Counted from the stretch's first letter, positions 1 to 10,040 are shown. The stretch is DNA of 64,000 nucleotides from a bacterium (GCA_965205865.1 CBDBHR010000029.1:800001-864000), one strand, 5' to 3'. Numbers and translations are program-made. Notes: a model not told the origin generated them from the letters alone.

Positions 1-107
1 AAAAAAGAACTGCAATCCTTTTACAAACAGTTTGCAAAATAAATTGTAGTCCCTTGCTGAATAGTGAGGCTTGGAGAATTTTCCTTATTCGTTTGTTGGC
101 GCACTTC

Positions 108-671
108 ATGATAACCGTTGTAAATCCTCAATCCGTAGGTCTTTCTTCAAAAAGACTGGGACGTGTTACGCGTTGGCTTGAAAATCTGATCAACTCCGAA
201 CGCCTGGCAGGAGCCAGTGTCTTGATCAACCGTCGGGGGAGGGTGGCCTGTTTTGAGAGCTCGGGGATGACTTCGAGTATAGCCGACTATGCTCGCTTTT
301 GTCAGATGCTGATGAACGACGGCGAACTGCAAGGAGAGCGATTACTGGCACGAAAAACCGTGCATTATATGCGGCAAAATCATTTGCCCGACAATCGGGA
401 TATGGCAGCCATGGGGCAACCTTTATGGAGTGAAACAACCTATGAAGGGATTGGCTTTGGTCTCGGTTTCGCAGTCGTGCTGGACCCTGTCAAAGCGCAA
501 ATGATTACTTCCGTAGGAGAACACCATTGGGGTGGGGCAGCCAGCACTTTTTTCTGGCTGGATCCACAAGAGGATTTGTTTGTCGTTTTCTTTTCTCAAC
601 TGATGCCATCTTCGACCTACCCTATTCGACGAGAGCTTCGCACAAGGGTCTATCAGGCACTGCTTGATTGA
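108..671 (+). pseudogene. Beta-lactamase-family (EstB-like) serine hydrolase with a large in-frame internal deletion
   Basis: The N-terminal segment (PQSVGLSSKRL...AGASVLINRRGRV) joins directly to the C-terminal segment (GMTSSIADYARFCQMLMNDGEL...GFGLGFAV...HWGGAASTFFWLDP). There is no SxxK or Yxx catalytic region; 187 aa versus about 400 aa typical for the family. ATG at 108. Confidence 0.75.
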
Positions 672-729
672 GCAATACCACCCTATGAGGAAAGGGAGAA
701 ATACCCCTTCCTATCCTGAATTGCTGCTG

Positions 730-1992
730 TCACTTTCTTGCACTGACATCAAACTCGTAAAGTTCTTTCTTCGAGTTCCGCTTTCGAATGCGTGTGATGC
801 GTGCTTCCCTAAACCCTGCCTCTGTGAGCATGTCGGCAAATAGTCGCTCGACCGGAATGACCGTGTCATAGAACCGTGAATTACCAATGATGTAGTGAAC
901 GGTTCCGTCCATGGTTATGACGTTTGCTATGTCTCTAATGTGGCACCACATGTCTTCGAAGTACTTCGCGAGGTAATTGGACATCAGAACTCCGCTCTTC
1001 CTATCGGCCTCTCGAATCTTGGATAAGATCGCGTCGAAGTAGACCGGATAAAATCCGGACGATGATCGTTGCCACTCCGCAAGCCTGCTCGTCGCGATGC
1101 CCCAGGTACCACCGATCGCTGACCAATCCATATCACCAGCATCTCGTCCGTTCTTCAGATAACCGAGCCAGTACATGTACGGTCTCAATTCTCGAATGTA
1201 GGACATCCTGTTAGGATAGGGCGGCGACGTTATGAGCAAATCGTACTTACCGGAAACTACGCTTGATACGGAACGGGAGTCACCGGAAATTATGCTGGCG
1301 ATACAGCTGGGATTGTCGGCAGCAGAAGTGAGAACCTCCTGTCCCTCTGCACTTGCGATATACGCAAGGTCTGGCTCCAGGTCAAATAATGCCAGCTGGC
1401 GTTCCTTCGAAGCGTCTGCCTTCACATTGTCGTTGAAGGACATTGACTGATGGTTGAATGCAGCGTTAGATAAACCAATTACTATACGACAGAAAACGAC
1501 GAGCAGCAGGTCTCGAGTTGGGTAGTCATGCGGATTGGTATCATCAAAGGCTGCCTTGAACTTGCACAGGAAGTCCAATTCCTCCGGGTGCCACCACCTA
1601 TGGACATTGCGCATCGGAGGTGGGACTACAGACTTGCTGTTTTTACGGCTCGCTAGGGATATCAGGTTGGCGAGCGCACCACTAGCACCACGAATGCAAG
1701 CAGGAGAATAGGTGGCGAGTTTAACGTTTCCGAACCATGCAAGGAAAGGGTTGATCTCTACGCCGGTGGCTCTATCACCGGCGTAGGCGGCGCAAAGAAG
1801 CGTTGTAGCGGTTCCGGAAAATGGATCGAGAACTCGAATCCCCTGATCCGAAGCGGTCAAGATTTCGGAGACAAGCTTCACTGAATACGCCGGCGTGAGA
1901 CGAAGCCAACCGTGCCTCCCATAATGGCGATTGATCTTGAAGGTCAGGTCGGCATTTTGCCGATCCTCTTTGTAAGAGTATGTCTTACTCAT
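730..1992 (-). CDS. Amino-DNA methyltransferase, alpha-class motif order, probably N4-cytosine
   Basis: Motif I VLDPFSGTATT precedes motif IV ITSPPY. The start overlaps the upstream gene's stop (ATGA, 1989-1992). Confidence 0.88.
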   Translation of the reverse strand: MSKTYSYKEDRQNADLTFKINRHYGRHGWLRLTPAYSVKLVSEILTASDQGIRVLDPFSGTATTLLCAAYAGDRATGVEINPFLAWFGNVKLATYSPACIRGASGALANLISLASRKNSKSVVPPPMRNVHRWWHPEELDFLCKFKAAFDDTNPHDYPTRDLLLVVFCRIVIGLSNAAFNHQSMSFNDNVKADASKERQLALFDLEPDLAYIASAEGQEVLTSAADNPSCIASIISGDSRSVSSVVSGKYDLLITSPPYPNRMSYIRELRPYMYWLGYLKNGRDAGDMDWSAIGGTWGIATSRLAEWQRSSSGFYPVYFDAILSKIREADRKSGVLMSNYLAKYFEDMWCHIRDIANVITMDGTVHYIIGNSRFYDTVIPVERLFADMLTEAGFREARITRIRKRNSKKELYEFDVSARK

Positions 1993-2801
1993 GATGGCGT
2001 CAGGAGCGATGTGAGCACGGCCTCGATTTCCCCCTTTAGAGCAGGACTATTGCGCTGGAAAAAACCGGCAAGATCATAACCAACCACATCTTCACAAAAG
2101 CGGTAGAACGATTCGTTGGAGGATGCATTGCCTGTCAATCCCGTGAGGAGCACCCACCTCTCGTTGCGGTAACGTTGGGCAATATCTCCATCTATTTGAA
2201 GTGAGAAGATACCCGCGCAAGGAAGGAGCCCCTTTGCGTAGGCCATTGCCGCATTGGCAATGTCCGCATTTTGTCGCTTGGAGTCCTTACTCTTATACCC
2301 CTGTCGGATCTCGAAGACGATACCATGGAGAGTCTTGGCGACGGTGGAATCAACATCAATCCGGCTTGCGGCGTTGCGCATCCAGGATCGAACACGACGT
2401 CTTCGTGCGGTATCCGCGATACTTGAAATGGGGATACGCGCATCAAGATGGAATTTTCTCGCTTTTCCACCGCTCGCGCTTGGAAGCGTGTAGGACCAAT
2501 TCACTTCTTCATCGTTCAGACCAAGTTGATCTTGCAGGATACGCCGGAAGAGAAACTCGCAGCCTATACCGATTTGCCGGTAGATACTGGTCATTCCCCC
2601 GGCTGCCTTGTGAGCCGCGTACATTAGAGGATTGTCGAGACCAAGCCAATTGTAGAAGGGATCGGCCCTGTATATACGCTGGAACTCGTTTAGTTCGTAT
2701 CCGGCCTTTGAACCATGGCCGAGTTGCGGTTTGTACTTGGCGCAGACCTGGATATAGCTCGTGAGAATGTCAAAATATTCTTTGTCGGTCGATTCGCACA
2801 C
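1989..2801 (-). CDS. Putative Type II restriction endonuclease (PD-(D/E)xK-like)
   Basis: 270 aa, translationally coupled to the MTase. The pattern G.GCE...LDARI...FEIRQGYK resembles an E..D..ExR/K nuclease core. Confidence 0.65.
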   Translation of the reverse strand: MCESTDKEYFDILTSYIQVCAKYKPQLGHGSKAGYELNEFQRIYRADPFYNWLGLDNPLMYAAHKAAGGMTSIYRQIGIGCEFLFRRILQDQLGLNDEEVNWSYTLPSASGGKARKFHLDARIPISSIADTARRRRVRSWMRNAASRIDVDSTVAKTLHGIVFEIRQGYKSKDSKRQNADIANAAMAYAKGLLPCAGIFSLQIDGDIAQRYRNERWVLLTGLTGNASSNESFYRFCEDVVGYDLAGFFQRNSPALKGEIEAVLTSLLTPS

Positions 2802-3098
2802 TCAATGCCTCGTTTTGTCATTCTTGTGCAGCTAACAACAACCCTGATTACTATAAATGAAATAATTGATAGTCCTTATCCTTAAGGTAAGCTCGAATTC
2901 CTCTCTATATCAATCCTGTCAAGGTCCGCATCAATCGGTTCGAAACTCAGGCTCTTGCCAGGTTCAACGTACTTCCTCCCAGATTTTTAAGGTTTGGATG
3001 AGAAAGTATTTTAGGGAAGTTGTATTTATTTTGCAACATGTCTATGGTTCACTATGGCCGTCGGCTGCCCTCACTCCGGCTTTTTTGGAGGATTGTCT

Positions 3099-4184
3099 TT
3101 ATATCCTGCCAATGGGTCTCGACAAACCGGATACTGGTGTTCCCAGCTCTTGGGTGCGCGCATGGTTCACCGCCTGGTTGATGAACGGGTTCGGCTCCGC
3201 CATGTGTTCGAAACTCTCTTGATCCAGGATGAGGTCGGGACGTAGCGTGTTGAGCAGAACAAACAGGTCATGGCTGCCGAGTTGGATAGGGGTTGCGGTC
3301 AGAAAGACCGCGGCTTCCGCATGGTCGCAGAAAAACCGCACCGCCTTGTGCGCGTAGGTATCCTGGTTGCGGATATGATGGGCTTCATCCACGATGACGA
3401 GATCGAAGTGTGGAGGCGGGTCTAAATCCAATAGGCCATTTACGCGCTTTCGCCCGTCCGTGTTTTCTGAACCATGAAGGTGCACCTTGTCGAATAACGA
3501 GTAAGGAAGAATCACTCGCTGATACTGTTCAGGCCAAGTGCCATCCAGGTCCATCTCGTTGATGCAGTATCCCAGGTTTTTTCCATCCAAATGGGTGAAA
3601 CGCTCGTCGAATCGTTTCATCTCGTTGTCCCATTTACGCTCGGTTACCAGGGGGCGAGGACAAATGATGAGGATGGATTTTATGTCCCGCCTGGCCTGTA
3701 ATTCCCGGAGAATTAATCCAGCCTCGATGGTTTTGCCGACGCCGACGCTATCGGCGATCAACAGTCTCGGACGGTCTGAGCGAATGAATTTCAGTACGGG
3801 TCGGAACTGGTAAGGGATGAAGTCGACACGAGCGGCGTTGAGCGAATACAAGGTCGATAGACTGGGATGCCGTATTTGCAGGGCGGTCAGGTAGGCATGA
3901 AATTTATCACGCGACAGATGCTGAAAGTCGTCAGGCAACTCTTCGATCTGCAACTGAGAGGCGTAATACGTCTGAACGTTTCCATCCACAAAAACCCTGA
4001 CACGGGATTCTTGTGATCCCGTCAACAGTCCAACAACCGCTCCCTTCAGGGTAGGATTGGACTTCACGAACACGAGTTGACCAAGTAAAAAATCGGTGTA
4101 AGGCTCCTCAGCTTCCAACATGTGTTCACTTTTTGGGACAGGGTCATTCAAGGGCAGGTGCAAAATAAAACCGGAGCGTACCAC
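3099..4184 (-). pseudogene. SNF2-family helicase, C-terminally truncated (first RecA-like domain only)
   Basis: Contains IPYQ, Walker A ADSVGVGKT, DEAH box and motif III LTATP. The ORF stops about 65 aa after motif III with no HelicC domain. Possible start ATG at 4121. Confidence 0.8.
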
Positions 4185-4434
4185 TAAATATGTTATGCTC
4201 CGCGAATGGATCTTATACCACAGTAGTACGAGTAAATCAAGGGTCTGCTGCCTGCCTCCAAATTTTTTTTACGTATGCAAATTATGTCTAAAGTTACGAT
4301 TCGCCACGACAATGTCCAAATGCTGGCCTGCACTGCAGAGTACAGACGGTAAGATAATGATGCCTTAACGCAAAGGTGGATGAGACCTGCACAAGCCAGC
4401 ATATAGTATATCTGTCTGCCATTAAACGAAATTT

Positions 4435-4647
4435 TCAATACCTACTCAAATAGCTTTTTGGGGGGGAATGGTAGAAAGACCTGTTTTTATAGTCAATAAA
4501 AGGGAGGGAAAATTTTTGCTTGACTGCGATCCCTTTTTTAACTTTTTCAAGATAGAGTTCTTGTAACCTGATAAGGTTGGGTCTTTCTGATTTTATTTTT
4601 TGTGTTCTCTCTTTGACAACTTCTTCTATTTTTTGAGAAATCTCCAT
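4435..4647 (-). CDS. Small basic hypothetical protein (70 aa), partner of the SDH protease
   Basis: Strong RBS (GGGAGG) directly after the protease stop codon, 9 nt gap, same AT-rich composition. Confidence 0.7.
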   Translation of the reverse strand: MEISQKIEEVVKERTQKIKSERPNLIRLQELYLEKVKKGIAVKQKFSLPFIDYKNRSFYHSPPKSYLSRY

Positions 4648-4656
4648 AATTCCTCC

Positions 4657-5517
4657 CTAGAAACTGTGAATAAATACTCTGTAATTTTCACGCGCTATAT
4701 ATTCCACAAGAAAATCATTGCAACTTTTTATTTTAGATCGTAGTTCTTCATTATAGGAATAATCATCAATTTTTAACCGTAATTGATTTAACGTATTAAT
4801 TCCGATCATACGATTATGAGAATGCCATGATTTATTGTCCCCTAAAGCAATAGCGATTTCCTCTGCTCTTGCTTCTTTTTCTTTTAGCGTAACTGCTTTC
4901 CCATTTGATTCATGAATCTCCCAATCATTAAATTTATAATTAACAAGCCATTTCTTAAGGAGAGTTACTGTTAAATTTCTTGCTTGTTCATATCTGCTCA
5001 ACATTGCCAGATCCAGATTTTGAAGAATGAAAAACTCAGCATCTGTTAATTGATTCTTTTGGGATTTTTCTAACATATTTTCTACTTTATCAAGATAACC
5101 CAAAGCAGGGACAAAATCATTTTCTTTACTGTTAAAAACTTGTGGGTCGATTGGACCTAAAGAAGATGAATAATCCATGAAGATTTTGTTTCCTGACATG
5201 CAAAATATTGTCCCCGCTGACATAGCATAATCAGGAACTACAAAATATACTTCTGAATAATGAAAACGGATTATATCGACCAGCTTTTCAACGATTTCAA
5301 CAATACCACCTCCCGTATTGAGGAAAATAGCAATTCTTTTCTGCTTAGTATTTTCGAACTTCAATCGTTCAACAGAATCTTTAAAAATAGTTTCCACTCC
5401 CTGCTGAATCGGTCCATAAAAAAAAATTACATGAGCTTCTAAAATTTGTTCAAGATCTTTTGTCTTATTTTGGAGAATATTTTCTATTTGTTCATCATAA
5501 ACTTGCATACGTTCCAC
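4657..5517 (-). CDS. SDH-family ClpP/crotonase-fold serine protease
   Basis: Motifs LNTGGG, PDYAMSAGT (nucleophile Ser), SSLGPIDPQ and WHSH. Visibly AT-rich. Confidence 0.85.
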   Translation of the reverse strand: MERMQVYDEQIENILQNKTKDLEQILEAHVIFFYGPIQQGVETIFKDSVERLKFENTKQKRIAIFLNTGGGIVEIVEKLVDIIRFHYSEVYFVVPDYAMSAGTIFCMSGNKIFMDYSSSLGPIDPQVFNSKENDFVPALGYLDKVENMLEKSQKNQLTDAEFFILQNLDLAMLSRYEQARNLTVTLLKKWLVNYKFNDWEIHESNGKAVTLKEKEARAEEIAIALGDNKSWHSHNRMIGINTLNQLRLKIDDYSYNEELRSKIKSCNDFLVEYIARENYRVFIHSF

Positions 5518-5558
5518 TTTAAAATGCTTGATTCAAATAAAATACATTGGAGAAAGAA

Positions 5559-5804
5559 TTAACGGAAGGGCGCTGAATACTGCAATCCTCCTTTAGTCCA
5601 AAGCGCATTGAGGCCGCGTTCCAGGCCAATCATGGTATTGGTTCCGAGATCATGCTCGAAGATTTCTCCACAATTGCCAACAGATTTGATGATATTATAC
5701 GCCTGGTCCGCACTCAATCCAAGTTGCTGGCCCTGACTGCCTTCCGTGCCAAGCAAGCGTTTGATTTTCGGGACATTTCCCTCTTGGTTTGGGTGTTGTC
5801 GCAA
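5559..5804 (-). pseudogene. 3' remnant of an AapJ/BztA-type amino-acid ABC substrate-binding protein
   Basis: PKIKRLLG...VGNCGEIFEHDLG...RGLNALWTKGGLQYSAPFR matches the AapJ C-terminus with degenerate substitutions. The N-terminal ~270 aa are absent. Confidence 0.8.
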
Positions 5805-6005
5805 TGACCCGGCGTCCTTAAAGGGCGCTAAATGCGCACCATCAAAGAGGAGAAAGAATTATATACCTTCATACGGAATGTTTGTCTGAATCTTTTGCTG
5901 AAAATTGTCTCAAATGTCCAAAGTCCGGGTCTTATCAACACAAAAAATTGGAAGTCGAATGATTTTCACAAAAAAACATACCGGGCATGGAAGATCGAGT
6001 TGGGG

Positions 6006-7085
6006 TCACACGCCAATCACCTCCAGACTGGGAATGGAAGACTGGATGGGAATGGTGTCGATGTTTTTGGCTTCCAGTTTGGCGAGATCGTAGCGGATTT
6101 TCGAGAGGGGCAATTCCAGGTTGTCGGTTTCCACCTGAATGCCGTATTCCGTAAACGTACTTCCCCGGTTGACCGTCGGTTCGTCTCCATAGAGATTGTT
6201 TTGATCCAGATAAAATTCCACCTGCTTCGTTTTTTGATTGGCAACGTTGAAAAGCAGCAGGACTTTTTTTTCCGCATTGATGGCGCCATAGAGATTCAAG
6301 AGAAACATGCGTAGCAAATCCAACTTTTGAGCATCCGTCTTCACTTGTGGATTGATCCAGACCCCGGCTTCCGATTCCATGACCGTGTCGATGATTTTGA
6401 GACCATAGTTTCGAATCGCGCTGCCGGTCTGGGTGATTTCCAAACCAATATCCGCCCCCTTGTTTTTCAGCTTGGCTTCCGTCTTACCCCAGGTTTCATA
6501 AATCACGATTCCCCTTTTAATCTTAGGCGGCGTTTTGTATTTTTGTACGGAAAATGCGGAAAACGAGTCCAGGAGCTCGAGTTGCTTCAACTCATCCTGC
6601 AACCAGTTGATTGCCAGATATGGCAATTCGGAAACAACCGTGATCCGTTCCTGGCAGGTCGTCACCATCTCGAGGAATTCTTTGATGGAGGTTGCCGGAT
6701 GGGAATCATCGACAATGCCTACCAGTTTCACTTTCCCTCTTTTGAGTGGCAGAACTTTTTCCAGATGGACAGCCGTGTCGTATTCCAACTTCAATTCGAG
6801 CAGGCGTTCTTTGATCCAGTCGTCTCCGCCAATCGCAACGTCGAGTTCGCCGATCGCCAGTTGGGCTCCGAAATCCTGAGGACGGCCATCCCAGCCGTAG
6901 AGGAAAGGGGTCGTGGTGAATTTACTGGGCCCCCCCGTCTCGTAGCCGGAGGTCCGGAATCCGGAATCTTTCAAAAATTGATCGAGATTGCCCCCGCGCT
7001 TGGGATCTGCCAAAGACCCTGCCGGTAATCCTATTCTTAAAGTCTGCTTGGGCATGCGATGATTTTCAGTGGATTGATGATTCAA
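6006..7085 (-). CDS. hisG: ATP phosphoribosyltransferase (long form)
   Basis: LRIGLPAGSL, GELDVAIGGDDW, TWGKTEAK, EITQTGSAIRNYGL; coupled to hisI. Confidence 0.85.
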   Translation of the reverse strand: MNHQSTENHRMPKQTLRIGLPAGSLADPKRGGNLDQFLKDSGFRTSGYETGGPSKFTTTPFLYGWDGRPQDFGAQLAIGELDVAIGGDDWIKERLLELKLEYDTAVHLEKVLPLKRGKVKLVGIVDDSHPATSIKEFLEMVTTCQERITVVSELPYLAINWLQDELKQLELLDSFSAFSVQKYKTPPKIKRGIVIYETWGKTEAKLKNKGADIGLEITQTGSAIRNYGLKIIDTVMESEAGVWINPQVKTDAQKLDLLRMFLLNLYGAINAEKKVLLLFNVANQKTKQVEFYLDQNNLYGDEPTVNRGSTFTEYGIQVETDNLELPLSKIRYDLAKLEAKNIDTIPIQSSIPSLEVIGV

Positions 7086-7522
7086 GTGTTCCCGGTCTTT
7101 GGTTTGGTGTCAGTCTGCCTGTCTCTTCCGGCTCCGCTGACCTCCAGAGATCGATCGTCCCGTATTTTCCGGTAATAGCAGGATTCGTAAGGCATGCCAT
7201 CCACTTTTTTAGCATGACAGGCCCCTTTGCCTTGCGGGGTGACGAGATAGAGCAGAGAATTTTGTTCGCAATTGACGCGCAGTTCCCGAATTTTCAGCGT
7301 GTCTCCGGATGTCATTCCCTTCTTCCACAGTTCCTGACGACTGCGGCTGTAATATGTCGCATAGCGGCTTTTGCAGGTTTCCTCGAACGCTTCTCGATTG
7401 GTAAATGCCACAATCAGCACTTCTCTGGTGTCATAATCCTGAGTGACAACGGGAAGCAAGGCATTGCCATCCTCTCCAAAATCCAACATCAATTCACTGG
7501 CGTATTCTTTGCTCATGGTCAT
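7082..7522 (-). CDS. hisI: Phosphoribosyl-AMP cyclohydrolase
   Basis: LLPVVTQD, YYSRSRQELWKKGMTSG, NCEQNSL, GACH, SCYY. Confidence 0.93.
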   Translation of the reverse strand: MTMSKEYASELMLDFGEDGNALLPVVTQDYDTREVLIVAFTNREAFEETCKSRYATYYSRSRQELWKKGMTSGDTLKIRELRVNCEQNSLLYLVTPQGKGACHAKKVDGMPYESCYYRKIRDDRSLEVSGAGRDRQTDTKPKTGNT

Positions 7523-7750
7523 TTTTTGTGATTGTCGAACTTTTTTGTGATCAGAGCCTGAGGCCGGGGGATGGATTGAATACTAAATGAAAATAACAAT
7601 CTTGCAAGACGGGAGTCCGCAGACGGTTTTTTCGCCGGTCGTAATCTCTCATGAGTTGGTGGTACCCCAGCCCTGGGAGTGGCTTCCGCAATCGTCCACT
7701 GGCCCATCAACGAACAAACCCCGCATCGTCCACTGCCTGCCTGATTTCCT

Positions 7751-9073
7751 TTATTTTTTTGAAATCCGGAAAAATAAAGAAAAGGTGGTCCCTTCTGAAA
7801 GTTTACTGGAAACGACAATGCGTCCTCCATGGGCTTCCATGATTTTCTGGCAGAGATGCAATCCCAACCCATAACCACCCGTCTCTTTGGAACGGGATTT
7901 GTCCACCCGGTAAAAAGGCTCGAAAATATAAGGCAATTCTTGTTGGGGAATCCCTGTTCCAAAATTCTTGATACGAATCATGACTTGGGAATGATCCTGC
8001 TCCAGGCTCACTTCTACGGGTTTCGGGCTTTTGCTCGAGTATTTGAGCGCGTTGTTGAGGATATTTCTGAAGACAATGCTAATCCGTTCAGCATCCAGTT
8101 GCAGAGATGGCGTTGCAGGCATGGGATGCAGATCGATTTTGGCATTGGGGTGATTGAAGCTCTGCGCAGTCTGTTGCAGGAGTTGATCGAGATTCACCTC
8201 CTGCAGGTTCAAATGGCCGTATTCGCTGTCCAAACGAGCGGTTTCCAGGATTTCAGAGACCATCTTTTCCAATTCATCCACGTCGTCCCGGATATCATTT
8301 TTGACCGTACTTTCCGCCAAAAACTCGAGCGCCACTTTGATGCGGGTCAAGGGTGAGCGGAATTCATGACTGACGTCGAGCAATAATTGTTCTTTGCTTT
8401 GCAGCATGTGATCGATGCGCCCCGCCATGGTATTGAAGGCGTTTGACAATCCTCGTAACTCTGCGGATCCTTTTTCGGGAACCCGGTGGCGGAGATTGCC
8501 TTCCCCCACTTGCCGGACTCCTTCCTTGAGCCATCGAATGGGTTTGAGTATCCTGCGAATGGCAAAATACGCCCCGAGGAGAATCAAAACCAGGAAAACC
8601 AAGGCGCCCAGAATCCAATTTTTACGAATTCTGTCGTGTTTTTGTCCCAAATCCACGGTAAAGAGAAAAATGCCCTCTCCCTGCTGCAGGGCAATCAGAT
8701 GGATTCCCTGGTAGTGGGCAAAATTCAAATCGGGAAACTCGCGCCATTGGCGCAAATGGATTTGTTCGATGCGGGGCAGCGAATCCGAAGTAGACCAGGT
8801 CGTCGCAGGACTTTCATAACGGATTTTCAGGGAATATTGCCGGGCGATTTTCTGCGCCTTCTCCAGGTCGGGGGGAGTGCCGAGGTCCTGCACGAGATAA
8901 TTGAGGTATCGAGCCACGTTTTCTTGAAAGGCCTCTTGGTATTGCAGGGTGCCACCATGGAAAGATTGCCAGACGACCACGGTGATGCAGACCCCGGCGA
9001 TAATCAGGATGAGCAGGAGTTTGGTAAAGATGGAGCTGAAAAACCCGCGTAATCCTCTAATCCTTTTCTTCAT
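7751..9073 (-). CDS. HAMP-domain sensor histidine kinase
   Basis: Two TM helices, HAMP, H-box SHEFRSP, N-box NALKY, G2 GYGLGL. Start taken at ATG 9073. Confidence 0.92.
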   Translation of the reverse strand: MKKRIRGLRGFFSSIFTKLLLILIIAGVCITVVVWQSFHGGTLQYQEAFQENVARYLNYLVQDLGTPPDLEKAQKIARQYSLKIRYESPATTWSTSDSLPRIEQIHLRQWREFPDLNFAHYQGIHLIALQQGEGIFLFTVDLGQKHDRIRKNWILGALVFLVLILLGAYFAIRRILKPIRWLKEGVRQVGEGNLRHRVPEKGSAELRGLSNAFNTMAGRIDHMLQSKEQLLLDVSHEFRSPLTRIKVALEFLAESTVKNDIRDDVDELEKMVSEILETARLDSEYGHLNLQEVNLDQLLQQTAQSFNHPNAKIDLHPMPATPSLQLDAERISIVFRNILNNALKYSSKSPKPVEVSLEQDHSQVMIRIKNFGTGIPQQELPYIFEPFYRVDKSRSKETGGYGLGLHLCQKIMEAHGGRIVVSSKLSEGTTFSLFFRISKK

Positions 9074-9758
9074 TTGACGGGATTCCAATGAAGACATATC
9101 CGGCTCCCCAGATTGTTTTGATGAAGGTGGGTTGTTTGGCATCATCCCGGAGTTTCTGGCGCAAACGACTCATGGTGATATCCACGGTGCGGTTGAAATA
9201 ATCGGCTTCGATACCTTTCAATTCATCCAGGATTTGATCGCGATCCAAAACTCTCCCCGGATTTCGCGCTAAAAAAGACAAAGTCGTGAATTCCGTGGTA
9301 GTCAGGTGCAGCGGTTCGTTTCTCAATTTCACGCCGTGTTTTGGTAAATCGATCACCAGTTCCCCGAATTGCAAGAGTTCTTCCCGGGGCGCACGGCTCG
9401 ATCTCCTCAGCACGGTTTGAATACGGGCCACCAGTTCCCGCGGTTCAAAAGGTTTGGGCAGGTAATCATCGGCCCCGATTTCCAAGCCGACGACCCGGTC
9501 CATCACCTCACCACGCGCCGTCAACATGATGATGGGAACCGTATGGGATTTGCGAATGGTTTTACAAGTCTCGAATCCATCCATCTCAGGAAGCATGACG
9601 TCGAGAATGACCAAATCCGGCTTCTCCTTTTCCAGTTGTTTCAACCCTTCTCGAGGATGAGTGGCGGTAATGATTCGAAAGCCGAAATCCTTGAGATAAT
9701 TCTGTAGCAGATTGTTCAGTTTCCCGTCATCATCAATAATGAGAATCAGCGGATTCAT
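9057..9758 (-). CDS. OmpR/PhoB-family response regulator
   Basis: IIDDD, LDVMLP, GADDYLPKPF, winged-helix IKTIWGAGY. Start taken at ATG 9758. Confidence 0.95.
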   Translation of the reverse strand: MNPLILIIDDDGKLNNLLQNYLKDFGFRIITATHPREGLKQLEKEKPDLVILDVMLPEMDGFETCKTIRKSHTVPIIMLTARGEVMDRVVGLEIGADDYLPKPFEPRELVARIQTVLRRSSRAPREELLQFGELVIDLPKHGVKLRNEPLHLTTTEFTTLSFLARNPGRVLDRDQILDELKGIEADYFNRTVDITMSRLRQKLRDDAKQPTFIKTIWGAGYVFIGIPSNEEKD

Positions 9759-9851
9759 AGGCAGGCTCCATCGAGTTCTTCCTCCAAAGGGTGGGACTCC
9801 GCTCCTGATTCGGCAAGATACGGCAATTTCAGTAGGAAAGCTTTTCGCAGG

Positions 9852-9877
9852 TGTAACACTTTGTAACAAATTGTATC
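9852..9877. promoter_or_regulatory. Three tandem half-sites with 10-bp period (TGTAAC/TGTAAC/TGTATC), probable OmpR/CpxR-type binding box
   Basis: Sequence TGTAACACTT TGTAACAAAT TGTATC, about 95 nt upstream of the response regulator. Confidence 0.65.
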
Positions 9878-10040
9878 GGCCTTTTTCCCCTCACTCGTGC
9901 AACGGTTTTCCGGCCCCGTTGCAGACTGGAATGAGACACGGCCGTGGATAGACGAGCGTAGCGGTCGGATCGTCTTTAAAAAAACGTATCACCTTAGAAC
10001 CTGTTTAAAAATTTGCGTAATAGTAAGAGAGTGCAATAAA

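Noticed and set aside
3099-4184. Complete DISARM or BREX system
   Set aside because: The helicase is truncated and no DrmABC, PglZ or BrxC genes are present.
4193-4438. 81-aa ORF as a third gene of the protease cassette
   Set aside because: Non-ATG start, no clear RBS or motif; it cannot be supported.
9994-10014. IS5-like terminal inverted repeat (TTAGAACCTGTTTAAAAA)
   Set aside because: No matching second end or transposase was found nearby.
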